Positions 63,545-64,000 of a stretch of 64,000 nucleotides of DNA are shown here, in pieces. The DNA comes from Frankiales bacterium. Lineage in GTDB: Bacteria; Actinomycetota; Actinomycetes; Mycobacteriales; SCTD01. The notes under the pieces were generated by a model. It made no database searches and had not been told where the DNA came from. It saw only the letters and a list, made by a program, of their open reading frames with translations. Position 1 is the first letter of the stretch. Every line of letters begins with the position of its first letter. The position numbers were made by a program, and so were the translations under genes. Location of the stretch: the NCBI GenBank assembly GCA_025465135.1, contig JAODNA010000064.1, positions 35-64,034 of the forward strand, in the 5' to 3' direction.

Positions 63545-64000
63545 TCAGAGGACGACGTCGACAGCGTCGGCGTTGATCCGAATGCCGCTGGAGCTCGCCA
63601 CAACCGAGGTCAGCTGCAGGCCGTAGGGCAGCGCCGGCAGGTCCAGCGCGCGGGCGAGGACCGTGTTGATCGCGGCCACGACCAAGTCGATCGCCGCCTG
63701 CGGAGCGGCGAAACCGTCGATGTCGACGTCGCTGACCAGCAGCTGCGGAGCGCCGGCGTCGAAGCTGACCTGCGCCTGCGCGCTGCCCTGCACCTCGACG
63801 CCGAGCACCGTGACGCGCGCGGTGACCGCCACCTCGTCCCCCGATCGGCGCAGCGACAGCGCAGTGAGACCCTCATCGGCTCCGGCCTCGACCGCCCGGC
63901 GGGCCACCTCGGCGTAGGGGATGGTGACGAAGCCATCCGCGGAGTCGACCGGCACATCGGGGCGATTGCCGCTGCGCAGATCCGCGACTGAGAGCTGCAC
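63545..64000 (-). CDS. lmeA: LmeA / DUF2993 family protein (3' part; starts beyond the window)
   Basis: LPALPYGLQLTSV...GIRI C-terminal motif; conserved position upstream of cysA. Confidence 0.7.
   Translation of the reverse strand: MQLSVADLRSGNRPDVPVDSADGFVTIPYAEVARRAVEAGADEGLTALSLRRSGDEVAVTARVTVLGVEVQGSAQAQVSFDAGAPQLLVSDVDIDGFAAPQAAIDLVVAAINTVLARALDLPALPYGLQLTSVVASSSGIRINADAVDVVL

Overview
High-GC actinobacterial DNA. It carries the LmeA-cysA-sseC-DsrE-FABP core synteny and looks Frankiales/Geodermatophilales-like (inference). Four blocks are visible. (1) About 0.2-31.3 kb is a large surface-polysaccharide locus: about 14 glycosyltransferases, Wzm/Wzt ABC export, a Wzy_C ligase/polymerase, a Wzc-like tyrosine autokinase, a dTDP-3-acetamido-3,6-dideoxyhexose (Fuc3NAc/Qui3NAc-type) module, acyltransferases, DUF4012, an LPXTG protein and two priming transferases. 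(2) About 32.5-40.1 kb is a phage-free cassette of Tat-signal DUF6916, GNAT, three tail-collar (HxH) proteins and a 1710-aa CSLREA/beta-helix/Ig surface protein. (3) About 40-57 kb holds FABP, a receiver protein, a LexA-boxed DUF222-HNH gene, an acyl-CoA dehydrogenase and three more large secreted proteins. (4) About 57.7-64 kb is a mirror-image WxL/DUF916-like cassette followed by sseC-cysA with an unannotated Cys-rich leader peptide. The most notable signal is a ~178-aa C-terminal module, which I cannot name, shared by three otherwise different secreted proteins behind Pro/Ser linkers; it is a candidate new surface-anchoring/sorting domain. Family names come from motif recognition, not database searches. 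No rRNA, tRNA or CRISPR array was seen.
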